Below, piece by piece: positions 1 to 10,150 of a stretch of 53,709 bases of DNA. Below the pieces are notes generated by a model. It saw nothing but the letters and a program-made list of their open reading frames with translations. It was not told the origin of the DNA and did not search any database. Position 1 is the stretch's first letter. The number at the start of each line of letters is the position of its first letter. Position numbers and translations under genes: made by a program. The stretch lies in NCBI GenBank assembly GCA_963830915.1, contig CAWHOE010000071.1:1-53709 (forward strand). The letters run 5' to 3'. Origin of the DNA: a candidate division FCPU426 bacterium. GTDB lineage: Bacteria > Oederibacteriota > Muellerivitia > Muellerivitales > Muellerivitaceae.

Positions 1-300
1 CGGGACCAGGCCCTGAAAGCGGCGGGGAAGGTTCGTTTGCGCCCTATCCTCATGACCACCTTCGCCCTCATCGCCGGTATGCTGCCGGTAGCCCTGGCCT
101 TGACCGAAGTGGGTAAGTTCCGGCAGTCCATGGGCGTGGCTATCGAGGGAGGCTTGATCAGTTCGCTCCTTCTGACCCTGGTCATCGTGCCGTCGGTCTT
201 TGGATACATCGACGACTTCAGATTGTGGCTGACCAAGATATTCACGGCCTTGAACGCGAAGCCGACAGCGGCCGAGATCAAAAAAAGAAAAACTCGATAA
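1..300 (+). CDS. RND efflux permease (AcrB/MdtB family), C-terminal fragment truncated by the window edge
   Basis: RLRPILMTT motif plus the last TM helices ([18 protein letters not shown]); near-identical to the C-terminus of the next gene. Confidence 0.9.
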   Translation, partial: RDQALKAAGKVRLRPILMTTFALIAGMLPVALALTEVGKFRQSMGVAIEGGLISSLLLTLVIVPSVFGYIDDFRLWLTKIFTALNAKPTAAEIKKRKTR

Positions 301-326
301 GTTCGAGAACGGATTGAGGCACTAAT

Positions 327-3300
327 TTGAACTTGCCTAAGCTCGCTATCACCCGCCCGGTCTTCATGAGCTGTGTCGTCATCCTGATCCTCGTTCTGGG
401 TATCCTCGCTTACAGCATCATGGCGGTCGATCTTTTCCCCGATGTCAGCTTTCCTTTCGTCATCGTGACCACGCCCTACCAAGGGGCGAGTCCGGAAGAG
501 ATCGAGACCCAGATCTCCAAGCCCCTGGAAGACGAGTTTTCCACCATTCAGGGGGTGAAGAAAGTCACATCCACCAACCAAGAGGGCTTTTCGGTGGTGA
601 TGGTCCAGTTCAACATGGACGCCGATGTGAAGGATTCCGAGCAACAAGTGAAGGATCACCTGTCCTTCGCCCGGTCCGTCCTGCCCAAAGATATCGACGA
701 GCCCATCGTGCGGCGGCTTGACCCCAGCGCCCTTCCTATCGCCCAACTCAGTCTTTCCTCCTCTCTCCCCGCCGCCCAGGCCTACGACCTGGCGGATCAG
801 GTCATCAAGCCCCAGCTGGCGCAGGTTCAGGGAGTGGGCGTCATCAGTATCCAGGGCGGACGCAAGCGGGAGATCCAGGTGCAGCTCGACCGCAACCTCT
901 TGAACCGGTTCCGCATCAGCGCCTCGCAAGTGGCTTCCCGCATCGGCTTGAACGGCATGAACGTGCCCGTGGGCCGGGTGCAGGTGGCGGGGAAAGACCT
1001 TCTCTTCCGGTCGGTCGGCCAATATGACGATCTGGACCGTTTGAAACAGACCTCGGTCAATTTCATGGGGTCGGACGTGCCCGTGCCTGTGGAGCGCCTG
1101 GGCAAGGTCGTGGACACAGTGGAGGACGCCCAAGGGTACAGCTATATCAACGGTAAGCCGACCCTCGTGATCCAGGTCGTGAAGCAATCCAAGGCCAACA
1201 CCGTCGCGGTCGTGGATGGGCTCCTGAAGCGTATCGATAAGATCAACGAGAGTCTGAAGGGTCGTCCGGGCAACCCGCATTTGATCATGTTCCAGGATAT
1301 GGCCTGGTATATCCGCATGAATCTGGAGGACGTCAAGTTCACCATCCTTCAGGGCGTATTCCTCACCATCCTGGTGGTCTTTCTTTTCCTGGGCAGTTTC
1401 CGTTCCACGCTCATTACCATCACGGCCCTGCCCGTGTCGCTCTTCGGGGCCTTCTTCCTGATGAACGGGGTGGGGTTCACCCTCAACATGATGACCCTTC
1501 TGGCCCTGTCCCTGGCGGTCGGACTTCTCATCGATGACGCCATCGTGGTGCGGGAAAACATCTGGCGCCATATCGAGAAAGGGGAGGACCCCAAGAAGGC
1601 CGCGGTCGACGCCGCCATGGAAGTCGGTTTGGCGGTCGTGGCCACCTCGTCGGTCGTCATCGCGGTGTTCATGCCCATCTCGTTCCTGAGCGGTCTGGTG
1701 GGGCAGTTCTTCCGTCAGTTCGGCCTGACCGTTTGTTTCGCCATGGCCATCTCCCTTTTCGAGGCCATGGTCATGGGGCCCCTGTTGTCCGCCTTCTGGG
1801 GCAAGAAAAGGGGGAAGGGCTACAGCTTGATCGATACCATCGACCATTACTGCGCTCCCTTCCTCCAGAAGTTCGCCCGGTTCCAGGACGTCCTTCAGGA
1901 AGGCTATATCGGGGTCATCGACTGGTGCCTGAGGCATCGGTTTTGGATCGTCCTTTCGGCCGCGGTCATCTTCCTCTTGAGCCTGGGCCTTTTGCCTTTC
2001 ATGAAAGTGGACTTCAAGCCAGCCGCGGACGTGGGCCAGTTCGCCGTGTATTTGAAAGCCGACCCGGCCACCGACCTGGAAACCATGCGGGACAAGACCT
2101 TGATGATCGAGGCCCTGGTGCGGAAACATCCTGAGGTGGACCTGGTGGCGGATACGATCGGCGGGTCGGACGCTACCGGCGCCAATCAGGGCTCGAACAA
2201 ATCCAACCTCTATATCCTGATGACGCCTTCCAATAAGCGGAAGATCGGCACCGCCGACCTCAAGGAGATCCTGCGCAAGGAACTCGAGCCCTATCGGGAC
2301 GAGTTAAGCCCCCAGGTGTCCGATTACGACCCGGTCATGGCCCAGGCGCCTTTTACCCTGAACCTGATCGGCGAGGATTACTCCGTCCTGGCTCCCTTCG
2401 CCCAGCAAGTGGTGGAAAAGGTCAGGCACATCCAGGGCCTGGCCGATGTGCAAACCACCTATAACGGCGGGAAGCCCGAATTCCAGGTCAAGCTGGACCC
2501 AAGAAAACTCCTGGGCCTGGGCGTGTCCGGCTTGGAGGCGGGGAACGAGCTTCGCACCCAGGTGGAAGGCGCCACGCCGGCCAAGTTCCGGCAGGGTGGG
2601 TTGGAATATTTCATCCGTGTAAGGCTCAAGGAAGACCAGCGCAATTTACAGACCGAGTTTTCGCATGTATTGGTCCCCAATCAGAACGGCAACCTGGTGC
2701 GCCTATCGGAAGTCGCCCAGCCCGTCACGACCGAGGGACCATCCGAGATCGACCGGGAAGACCGGGCGCGCTATGTGCAGATCACGGGACAATTGGCCAC
2801 GGGCGGCAGCTTGGGCAATGTTTTGAAACAAGGCCGGAAGATCCTGGACGGGATGCAAATGCCCAAAGGCGTCTCTTACGAGTTCGTGGGCCAGGCCGAG
2901 GATTTCCACGACCTCATCGTCAACATGCTCATCGCCGTGGGCCTCTCCACTCTTTTCACCTTCATGATCCTGGCCAGCCTTTACGAATCGCCCATATTCC
3001 CCCTGGCGATCATGATGTCCATTCCCTTGGCCATGGTGGGTGCCCTGGGAGCGCTCTTCGTGGGAGGGCTGTTCATCCCTTACATCACACTGAGTATCTT
3101 CAGCATGATCTCCATTATTATGCTCATGGGTTTGGTCACGAAAAATTCCATCCTATTGGTCGATTACACCCTGCAGATGATGCGAAAAGGGATGCCTCGG
3201 GACGAGGCCCTGAAAGCGGCGGGGCGGGTTCGCTTGCGTCCTATCCTCATGACCACATTTGCCCTCATCGCGGGGATGCTGCCAGTGGCATTGGCCCTGA

Positions 3301-3503
3301 CCGAGGTGGGCAAGTTCCGGCAGTCCATGGGTATCGCCATGGAAGGGGGACTCATCAGCTCCCTGGTGTTGACTCTCATCATTGTGCCGTCGGTTTTCGG
3401 CTATGTGGATGACTTCAGGCTTTGGATAAGACGCTTGTCCGGGGACGAGGAAGAAGCGTCCCACGATAAGACCGCTTTAAAAGCCAAGACGAAAAGACGT
3501 TAG
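327..3503 (+). CDS. RND efflux permease (AcrB/AcrD/AcrF family)
   Basis: 1058 aa; N-terminal RPV motif, GLLIDDAIVVREN, KNSILLVD and RLRPILMTT motifs. Confidence 0.95.
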   Translation: MNLPKLAITRPVFMSCVVILILVLGILAYSIMAVDLFPDVSFPFVIVTTPYQGASPEEIETQISKPLEDEFSTIQGVKKVTSTNQEGFSVVMVQFNMDADVKDSEQQVKDHLSFARSVLPKDIDEPIVRRLDPSALPIAQLSLSSSLPAAQAYDLADQVIKPQLAQVQGVGVISIQGGRKREIQVQLDRNLLNRFRISASQVASRIGLNGMNVPVGRVQVAGKDLLFRSVGQYDDLDRLKQTSVNFMGSDVPVPVERLGKVVDTVEDAQGYSYINGKPTLVIQVVKQSKANTVAVVDGLLKRIDKINESLKGRPGNPHLIMFQDMAWYIRMNLEDVKFTILQGVFLTILVVFLFLGSFRSTLITITALPVSLFGAFFLMNGVGFTLNMMTLLALSLAVGLLIDDAIVVRENIWRHIEKGEDPKKAAVDAAMEVGLAVVATSSVVIAVFMPISFLSGLVGQFFRQFGLTVCFAMAISLFEAMVMGPLLSAFWGKKRGKGYSLIDTIDHYCAPFLQKFARFQDVLQEGYIGVIDWCLRHRFWIVLSAAVIFLLSLGLLPFMKVDFKPAADVGQFAVYLKADPATDLETMRDKTLMIEALVRKHPEVDLVADTIGGSDATGANQGSNKSNLYILMTPSNKRKIGTADLKEILRKELEPYRDELSPQVSDYDPVMAQAPFTLNLIGEDYSVLAPFAQQVVEKVRHIQGLADVQTTYNGGKPEFQVKLDPRKLLGLGVSGLEAGNELRTQVEGATPAKFRQGGLEYFIRVRLKEDQRNLQTEFSHVLVPNQNGNLVRLSEVAQPVTTEGPSEIDREDRARYVQITGQLATGGSLGNVLKQGRKILDGMQMPKGVSYEFVGQAEDFHDLIVNMLIAVGLSTLFTFMILASLYESPIFPLAIMMSIPLAMVGALGALFVGGLFIPYITLSIFSMISIIMLMGLVTKNSILLVDYTLQMMRKGMPRDEALKAAGRVRLRPILMTTFALIAGMLPVALALTEVGKFRQSMGIAMEGGLISSLVLTLIIVPSVFGYVDDFRLWIRRLSGDEEEASHDKTALKAKTKRR

Positions 3504-3641
3504 GTCCCATCTGTTTTCACCAAGTTAAACTATTACATCCTGTTAAGGGACCGTTCTATCGAAGCTTCTCTGGACAGCAGGGGCTGACGAAAATAGAATG
3601 ACCTTCGTTCGATGGTTGGATTTTTTATAGTGAGGACTGGG

Positions 3642-4310
3642 ATGGGAAAGCAAAAATCGGTCATTCTCTTGTTCGTATCGATGTCGGTCTCCCTGGGATT
3701 GACCCAATTGGCCTGTAATACGACCGATCGTCCTGTGACCACCCCGGCCTTTGTCGTCACGCAGGGACCGACCAACACTCCTTGCGGTTATCCAGGCAAC
3801 ACCTGCACCCCAACCTTCACTTTCACGGAGACTTTCACCAATACCCCAACTCCCACCAATACAGCCACGCCCTGTATCGGTTTTGGCAGCAACACATCGG
3901 GGTCCTATGGTTATTATTCGGCCCAGATCATGGCCAGTCGTTATTATCTTTCCTCGTCGAGCACCATCGATAATCTATGGGTCTACACTTTGTACGGGAC
4001 TCAAAGGGTCTCAGCCGCTCTTTATCAGGATGGAGGTTCGGGAGCCCCTTCCAACCTGATCGTGCAATCCGCTTCTCAACCCGCGATCGCGGGTTGGTCG
4101 AAGATCCCCATCACCCACACCGCTTTATCCGCCGGTTATTATTGGATCGCTACCCAGATCGAATACGGATATTACGTTTATTACTACACGGGTAACAGCA
4201 ACGACCAATGGGCCTCGCATGGCCAGGCCTATGGAGCTTTTCCATCCGTATGGTCGGCGGGAAACGGGACGAGTTATGTCTTTCCCGCTTTTGCCGATAC
4301 TTGTCCCTAA
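3642..4310 (+). CDS. Putative lipoprotein with Thr/Pro-rich linker, function unknown
   Basis: Signal peptide with lipobox-like LAC, TPTFTFTETFTNTPT linker, Tyr/Trp-rich beta domain; start chosen at the ATG after GAGG. Confidence 0.7.
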   Translation: MGKQKSVILLFVSMSVSLGLTQLACNTTDRPVTTPAFVVTQGPTNTPCGYPGNTCTPTFTFTETFTNTPTPTNTATPCIGFGSNTSGSYGYYSAQIMASRYYLSSSSTIDNLWVYTLYGTQRVSAALYQDGGSGAPSNLIVQSASQPAIAGWSKIPITHTALSAGYYWIATQIEYGYYVYYYTGNSNDQWASHGQAYGAFPSVWSAGNGTSYVFPAFADTCP

Positions 4311-4376
4311 CGGACGGCATTTTCTTTTTACGATTCTCCCGCTATCCTAGGGGCCTCTAAAATCCTCGAGGTCCCT

Positions 4377-5291
4377 ATGCCTTCCGAAACCCTGATCCAA
4401 TCCAAAAACCTCATCAAGAAATACGGCGATTTTCCGGCCGTCAACGGCGTGGATTTCGAGGTCAAAACCGGGGAATGTTTCGGTTTCCTGGGGCCCAACG
4501 GGGCCGGCAAATCCACCCTGATGAAGATGATCTATTGTTTCTCCCCCCGCACCAGCGGGAACCTGACCGTCTTCGGGATGGACCCGGACAAGAAGGCCCC
4601 CGAGATCAAGAATCGCCTGGGCGTCGCGGCCCAATCGGACAACCTGGACGAGGAGATCACCGTCGCCCAGAACCTGGAGATCTACGGCCGGTATTTCGGC
4701 CTCGCGCCAGCCCGCTTGCGGGAAAAGATAGCCGAACTGCTCAAGTTCATGGCCCTGGAAACCAGGGCCGATTCCAAGGTGGACGACCTGTCGGGCGGCA
4801 TGAAACGCAGGCTGGTCATCGCTCGCGCCCTCCTGAACGACCCGGACCTCATCATCCTGGACGAGCCGACCACCGGGTTGGATCCCCAGGTCCGCCACCT
4901 CATCTGGGCCAAGCTTCGGGACCTCAAGAAACAGGGGGTCACCCTCCTGCTGACCACCCACTATATGGAAGAGGCCCAACAACTCTGCGACCGTCTGTTG
5001 GTCATCGACAAGGGCAAGGTGCTGGTGCAGGGGAAACCGGCCGACCTGGTCAAAAAACATCTCAAGCCCTTCGTCATGGAACTGCCCTCTTCCAGCAAGC
5101 TCCCCAAGGGCGCGTTGATGAGGAACGTCCGGGTGGAAAGCCATGAGGACAGGTTCTTCCTCTATTCCGCCTCGCCGTCCGCTTTGGAAAAGATCGCCGA
5201 GGCGTCCAAGAAGGATTTCCAGATCAGGCCCACCGGCCTGGAGGACCTTTTCTTGAAGCTCACCGGGAGGGACCTCCATGAGTCAGAATGA
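4377..5291 (+). CDS. ABC transporter ATP-binding protein (NodI/DrrA-like)
   Basis: Walker A GPNGAGKS, LSGGMKRR signature, Walker B IILDEPTTGLDP, H-loop TTHYMEEA. Confidence 0.93.
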   Translation: MPSETLIQSKNLIKKYGDFPAVNGVDFEVKTGECFGFLGPNGAGKSTLMKMIYCFSPRTSGNLTVFGMDPDKKAPEIKNRLGVAAQSDNLDEEITVAQNLEIYGRYFGLAPARLREKIAELLKFMALETRADSKVDDLSGGMKRRLVIARALLNDPDLIILDEPTTGLDPQVRHLIWAKLRDLKKQGVTLLLTTHYMEEAQQLCDRLLVIDKGKVLVQGKPADLVKKHLKPFVMELPSSSKLPKGALMRNVRVESHEDRFFLYSASPSALEKIAEASKKDFQIRPTGLEDLFLKLTGRDLHESE

Positions 5292-6066
5292 GTCACGCCG
5301 GGTCCCCGGCTATTTCCAACGGCTGGTTTCGGTCTGGATGCGGCATTATGTGGTCTACACCAACGAGATCTGGACCAACGCCTTTCCGACCCTGTTCGAG
5401 CCGTTGATCTTCATCATGGCCGTCGGTTGGGGGCTGGCGGCGGCGGTGGGGAACATCGGGGGTTTCGACTACCTGACTTTCATCACTCCGGCACAGATCA
5501 TGATGTCGGCGGTCTATACCTCGGCCTTCGAGACTTCCTATGGCACCTATTTCCGCCTGGAAGTGGACCATCATTATGATTCCATGGTGGCGACTCCCGT
5601 GGGGCCCACCGAGGTCTTCTGGGGGGAACTGCTTTTCACCGGCACCAAGGGCACCTTTTACTCGGCCATCATGCTGGGAGTGCTTTCCTTCTTTCACGTC
5701 CTGCACTCCCCGCTGGCCATGCTGGTGCCCCTGGTCGGGTTCTTCACTGCCATCGCCTTCGGAAGCCTGGGGTTCTTCGCCAACCGGCTGGTCAAGAACA
5801 TCAGCCAGTTCAATTATTTCGTCTCAGGGGTCATCTCCCCCCTCATCCTTTTTTCTGGCACCCTTTTCCCCATCGAGAAGCTACCCGCCGTGCTCCAGGC
5901 GATGGCCTATGTGCTTCCGCTTTATCATTTCGTCCATCTATCCCGTATGTTGACCACGGGGGTCATCGCGCCCGACCTGCCGGTCAGCTTGGCTTATGTT
6001 TTGATCGTTCCTTTCATCCTGGGTTTCTTCGCCGTCAGGTGCATGAAACCCAAATTGATAAAGTGA
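5278..6066 (+). CDS. ABC-2 permease (NodJ-like)
   Basis: Six hydrophobic segments, EPL, SGTLFP and LPLYH motifs; overlaps the ATPase gene. Confidence 0.88.
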   Translation: MSQNESRRVPGYFQRLVSVWMRHYVVYTNEIWTNAFPTLFEPLIFIMAVGWGLAAAVGNIGGFDYLTFITPAQIMMSAVYTSAFETSYGTYFRLEVDHHYDSMVATPVGPTEVFWGELLFTGTKGTFYSAIMLGVLSFFHVLHSPLAMLVPLVGFFTAIAFGSLGFFANRLVKNISQFNYFVSGVISPLILFSGTLFPIEKLPAVLQAMAYVLPLYHFVHLSRMLTTGVIAPDLPVSLAYVLIVPFILGFFAVRCMKPKLIK

Positions 6067-6292
6067 ACGGCAGTCGACCGATTGCAGCCGACAGTCGGCA
6101 GAAAGCGAACGGCAGTTGGCAGCTAACAGTCGACAGTTTACAGCTCGAAGGAAAGGCAATTACTAACCTAGCTGTCAGCCGTCAGTTGTTGGCTGTCGTT
6201 TGTTCTCTGTTAGCTGTTAGCTGTTGACTGTTGTTTGTCGTCTGTCGACTGTTTTCTGTTAGCTGTCGACCGTCAACTGTCGACTGTTAACT
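6067..6292. repeat. Inverted array of degenerate heptamer repeats ((CAGTCGA/CAGCTAA)n ... (CTGTTAG/CTGTCGA)n)
   Basis: Left arm of CAG-periodic 7-mers and right arm of their reverse complements; intergenic. Confidence 0.75.
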
Positions 6293-6309
6293 ATTTTTTG
6301 GGGGTAGGG

Positions 6310-6960
6310 ATGAATTCCGAACGGCTGGAAGAACGCCATGTGATGGTGAAGGACCAACTGGAAAAAAGGGGTGTGCGCAATCCCTGGGTGCTCCAGGCCA
6401 TGCTGGATATTCCCCGGCACCTTTTTCTCCCCCAGGAGCAGCGGGTCAAGGCCTATGAGGACGGACCCCTACCCATCGGACGGGGCCAGACCATCAGCCA
6501 GCCTTATATCGTGGCCTCCATGATCGAACTCATTGAACCGGTGAAGACCCACCGGGTATTGGAAGTGGGCGTGGGCAGCGGTTATTCCTCGGCGGTCCTT
6601 TCCTGCGTGACGGGTCAGGTATTCGGGGTGGAGAGGGACGGCGACTTCCTGCCTGAGGCCCAAAAGCTCCATGAGCAACTGGACCTGGCCAACATCCGCC
6701 TGACGGCGGGGGATGGCACCCTGGGATGGGCGCAAGAAGCCCCTTTTGACGCCATCCTGGTCACGGCCGCAAGCCCCAAGATCCCGCCCTCCTTGATGGC
6801 CCAATTGAAAGTCGGGGGAGTGCTGGTGATCCCGGTGGGCAAGAAGACCGAGCAAAAAATGATGAGGGTGGTCAAGCGTTCCGAGACGCATTTTCAGGAG
6901 AAAGAACTTTATTCGGTTAGGTTCGTTCCCTTGATCGGGGCGGAGGGGTGGAAAGAATGA
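6310..6960 (+). CDS. pcm: Protein-L-isoaspartate O-methyltransferase
   Basis: GQTISQP, VLEVGVGSGY SAM motif, APFDAILVTAA, QLKVGGVLVIPVG, VRFVPL. Confidence 0.95.
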   Translation: MNSERLEERHVMVKDQLEKRGVRNPWVLQAMLDIPRHLFLPQEQRVKAYEDGPLPIGRGQTISQPYIVASMIELIEPVKTHRVLEVGVGSGYSSAVLSCVTGQVFGVERDGDFLPEAQKLHEQLDLANIRLTAGDGTLGWAQEAPFDAILVTAASPKIPPSLMAQLKVGGVLVIPVGKKTEQKMMRVVKRSETHFQEKELYSVRFVPLIGAEGWKE

Positions 6961-7769
6961 GTTCGAAGAAAATGGGATGGGCATTGGTTGTCCTTCTCGC
7001 GATGTGCTTTCTGCTTCGCCCATTGAGTGTTCTCGCGGACGACGAGAAATCCGCGCAAGAAGAGCTCCAATACAGCCTCCAGTATTTCCAGATACAAAAA
7101 TACGAGGACGCCAGGAAATGGGCCCTCTACGCGGCCAACAAGGGGAATGACCAGGCCCAATACTTGATGGGTTATATGGATGCCAACGCCCTGGGAGGTT
7201 ACGGTGACGCGGAAGGGGCTTTCAGCTGGTACTTGAAATCGGGTCGTCAAGGCAACAAGAACGCCCAGTATCAATTGGGGGAGTGCTACTTGAACGGAAA
7301 CGGCATTCCGAAGGATCCCAAGGCGGCGGTGGCGTGGCTGGAGAAGGCGGCCAGCCAGAAACACGCGCTGGCCGAGTTCGAATTGGGCCGATGCTACGAG
7401 TTGGGCCTGGGGACCCGACAGAACATCCACGCGGCCAAATTGTGCTTCAAGTCCGCGGCGGATCATGGGCATAAGGTCTTTACCGACGAACAATTGGAGT
7501 TGGAGGCGGCCCCCGTCACCCTGAAAGGCATCCTCACCACAGGTCATCCCGATGAGAACGGCGAGGACGGGTGGGTCCTGAACCTGGACCAGCCCCACCG
7601 GATATTCCCCCAGAAAAAGGTCGCCGAGCTGGAACTTTCACCCAATGACCTATTGAACGATCACGCGAGGAAGCATGTGAGGATCGAGGGTTTTTTCCAC
7701 TGGGAGATCACGACCGCGAAAGAGACTTTTTTGAAGCTGGTACCCCTGCGGGTGACCGACGACAATTAA
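6957..7769 (+). CDS. Secreted Sel1-like repeat protein
   Basis: Signal peptide; SLR repeats AQYQLGECYLNGNGIPKD..AVAWLEKAA and AEFELGRCYELGLG. Confidence 0.85.
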   Translation: MSSKKMGWALVVLLAMCFLLRPLSVLADDEKSAQEELQYSLQYFQIQKYEDARKWALYAANKGNDQAQYLMGYMDANALGGYGDAEGAFSWYLKSGRQGNKNAQYQLGECYLNGNGIPKDPKAAVAWLEKAASQKHALAEFELGRCYELGLGTRQNIHAAKLCFKSAADHGHKVFTDEQLELEAAPVTLKGILTTGHPDENGEDGWVLNLDQPHRIFPQKKVAELELSPNDLLNDHARKHVRIEGFFHWEITTAKETFLKLVPLRVTDDN

Positions 7770-7798
7770 CGGCCAAAGTCTAAAGCGAAAATATCTCT

Positions 7799-7890
7799 TA
7801 GCCACAGATGCATGGGATGCACACGGATGGCCAAAGAAAAAGATTTAAAGATTTATTTTAAAATCCCATTAATCCCATGCATCTGTGGCA
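7799..7890. repeat. CCACAGATG-type inverted intergenic repeat, empty host copy
   Basis: gccacagatgcatgggat ... atcccatgcatctgtggc; a homologous copy at about 23404-23574 carries an insertion. Confidence 0.8.
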
Positions 7891-7905
7891 AAATTTTGTG
7901 TTAGT

Positions 7906-10071
7906 TTATTTCGTCTTACCGAAATTCTCGGCGGGGATGACTTCCCACAAGATATCCCCGGGTTTTTTCCAGGCCAGGTGCAGGGCCATGTCGTCCCCCG
8001 AATCCTTCTCGTATCTCACCATGATGGGATACCTTTTTTCCTTCAAGAAGCGGATCTTCTCCAATGTCACTGGCTCACCATCCAGGTAGAGCTGGGCTTT
8101 GTCCGTGGTCAAGAGCTGGAACCGGTAATTCCCGGCCTGGTCGATCCGGAGCATGCCTTTCCAGAGGACCCGGAAGGGCGGGTACTGGGTGAATGGGAAA
8201 TCCCGCTTGTGGGTGAAGTTCAAGATCGGATCCCAGCGGGTCAAAAGGGGCCTGGCCGACCAATCGGCGGTCTCAAGATAGGACCCCCGCAAACCCCGGT
8301 GCCAGCGCTTGAAGGATGTCAGGTCCGTCCTCGGGACCTGGTAACAGAAGACCAGGGTTTGCCCGTCCTGGTCGCGGAGTCTTTCCTCCTGGCCGTCAGG
8401 GAACAGGGTCTTCAGGAACCGCAAGGTCCCGGATTTTCCCTGCTCCAGAATGAAGATGGCGTCCCTATCCCGGGGAATTTTTCCCTTTTCCAGGTCCTGG
8501 GGAACGAGTAGGGGGCAGGTCCGGTCCTTGGCCGGATATCCCAGGAAAGAAACGGTCAGGTTGCCCTCATAGGCGGTGGTAATGAAATAGTTGAAATGTC
8601 CCGGCTGGGTCTTTTCCAACCGCTCGATCTTCCGGCCGATATAGTTCTGCTCCGGCCCGAACCCGGTCAAGCAATCCTCGTTCTGGGCCTGTTGAACGAA
8701 ATAGGTGTACCCATTCAGGAGGGTCATGACGGCCAATAGAGAACCCAAAAGCGCCTTGGTCGCCAGGGGCCTGGAAATGGAATGGTCCATCCACTCCCGC
8801 GCCTGGTCCAGGGCGGTCGCGGCGAAATAGGCCACGAAGGGCGTGATACAAACGATGCGGTTGGCGTGGGCCACGTCGGTGGAAAGAAGGCAGGGCAGGC
8901 TCATCACGAAAAGGCCGGCCAGGGGGTAAAAACCCGTCCGGTCCCTGCGTCTGCGCCAGGCCAGGCCCAAACCCAGGACGAAAAGGGCGCCCGACACGTC
9001 GTCCAGCATCCGGCGGCCCGGGATATTATGCCGGGAGTTCATGTCCCCGGACCGGTTGAACATCAAGGCGGTCCCGGTCCAGTTCCTCACGACCGGCATC
9101 AGGCTCTTTTCTTTAATCACCTCGGTGAGGATGAAAAGCTCCCGCTCCCGATTCCCAAGATTGCCCGTTCGGGCCATGTAACCAAGCAAAGGGGCGGCCG
9201 CCAGCGCCGCCAGAAGGAAGTAGGAAAGAAGCTGTCGGCGGGTAAGCCCCGTTTCCCTCCGGCGGGCCTGGTATTCGTAAATGGCCAGGGCCAGCAGTAG
9301 GAAGGGGACGGCCTTGAAAGCCTGGTAGGTATAAAGACCCGCCCCGCAAAAAAGGGCCGAGACGACCAGGGCCCAAAGTTTCCTCTCCTTCAGCCAGTGG
9401 ATCCCGAAGGCCAGGCATCCGAACAAATAAAAGGCAGTCTGGATGGAAGGATAGCCGTTGCGGGACATGGTCCAGTTCCAGCGCATCACCGACAGGATGA
9501 ACAAGGCCAGGAGGGCGACCCGGGGCCCGGAAAGCTGGCGGAAGGTCCAATAGATCAAGGGAAAGCTGGCGATGGAAAGCAGGGCGAAAAACACATGGAA
9601 CGTGAGATAGGAAGCCCCGAAGAGCTTGAAGAAAGCCGCCACTTGGTAATAAAGGAATGTCTCAGGAACGGGGAAGTTCAACAACTCAAAGAAAGGCCTG
9701 AAACCCTCCCGGGCTATCTTCAAGGCCGTGAAGCCGATCAAGCCCTGGTCGGTGTGCATGCCCGCGGGAAGAGAATCGATCCTAAAGAGCCGAAGGAAAA
9801 GGCCGAGGGCCAGGATCAGGGTGAAGGCCCAAGCCTCGTACCGAAGGGTGTGGACCTCGTCCGATTCGGTCTCCATCCAGCACTTGTTGGCTTCCCAAAG
9901 GGCGATGCCGAAGAAAAGAAGTCCGAACCAAAGGGAGGAAGGCTTATCCGCCTGGGAAAGGAAGTACTGCCCCAGCCCCGCGAGAACGACGACGATGAAA
10001 TATCGGTACCAAACAGGCCCGGACTGGGCCAGGGAAAGCTCCACGCTTTTGTGTGGTTTTTTATTCGGCAA
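7906..10071 (-). CDS. PMT/ArnT-like (GT39/GT83) membrane glycosyltransferase with C-terminal PA14 domain
   Basis: Multi-TM N-terminus with LRLFRIDSLPAGMHTDQ loop; C-terminal GLRGSY...FRVLWKGML...YRFQL...LYLDG PA14 pattern. Confidence 0.8.
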   Translation of the reverse strand: MPNKKPHKSVELSLAQSGPVWYRYFIVVVLAGLGQYFLSQADKPSSLWFGLLFFGIALWEANKCWMETESDEVHTLRYEAWAFTLILALGLFLRLFRIDSLPAGMHTDQGLIGFTALKIAREGFRPFFELLNFPVPETFLYYQVAAFFKLFGASYLTFHVFFALLSIASFPLIYWTFRQLSGPRVALLALFILSVMRWNWTMSRNGYPSIQTAFYLFGCLAFGIHWLKERKLWALVVSALFCGAGLYTYQAFKAVPFLLLALAIYEYQARRRETGLTRRQLLSYFLLAALAAAPLLGYMARTGNLGNRERELFILTEVIKEKSLMPVVRNWTGTALMFNRSGDMNSRHNIPGRRMLDDVSGALFVLGLGLAWRRRRDRTGFYPLAGLFVMSLPCLLSTDVAHANRIVCITPFVAYFAATALDQAREWMDHSISRPLATKALLGSLLAVMTLLNGYTYFVQQAQNEDCLTGFGPEQNYIGRKIERLEKTQPGHFNYFITTAYEGNLTVSFLGYPAKDRTCPLLVPQDLEKGKIPRDRDAIFILEQGKSGTLRFLKTLFPDGQEERLRDQDGQTLVFCYQVPRTDLTSFKRWHRGLRGSYLETADWSARPLLTRWDPILNFTHKRDFPFTQYPPFRVLWKGMLRIDQAGNYRFQLLTTDKAQLYLDGEPVTLEKIRFLKEKRYPIMVRYEKDSGDDMALHLAWKKPGDILWEVIPAENFGKTK

Positions 10072-10150
10072 TCCGAACTCCTGATATCAGCAACTTTTTA
10101 CGAAATGAAATTGTAAATCTCTATCCGAAATACGCATCTTACGGATGGTT

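Noticed and set aside
6235..6309. N-terminal extension of pcm (likewise 34957-35028 for emrB)
   Set aside because: The extensions are translations of intergenic repeats; better ATG starts with RBS lie downstream
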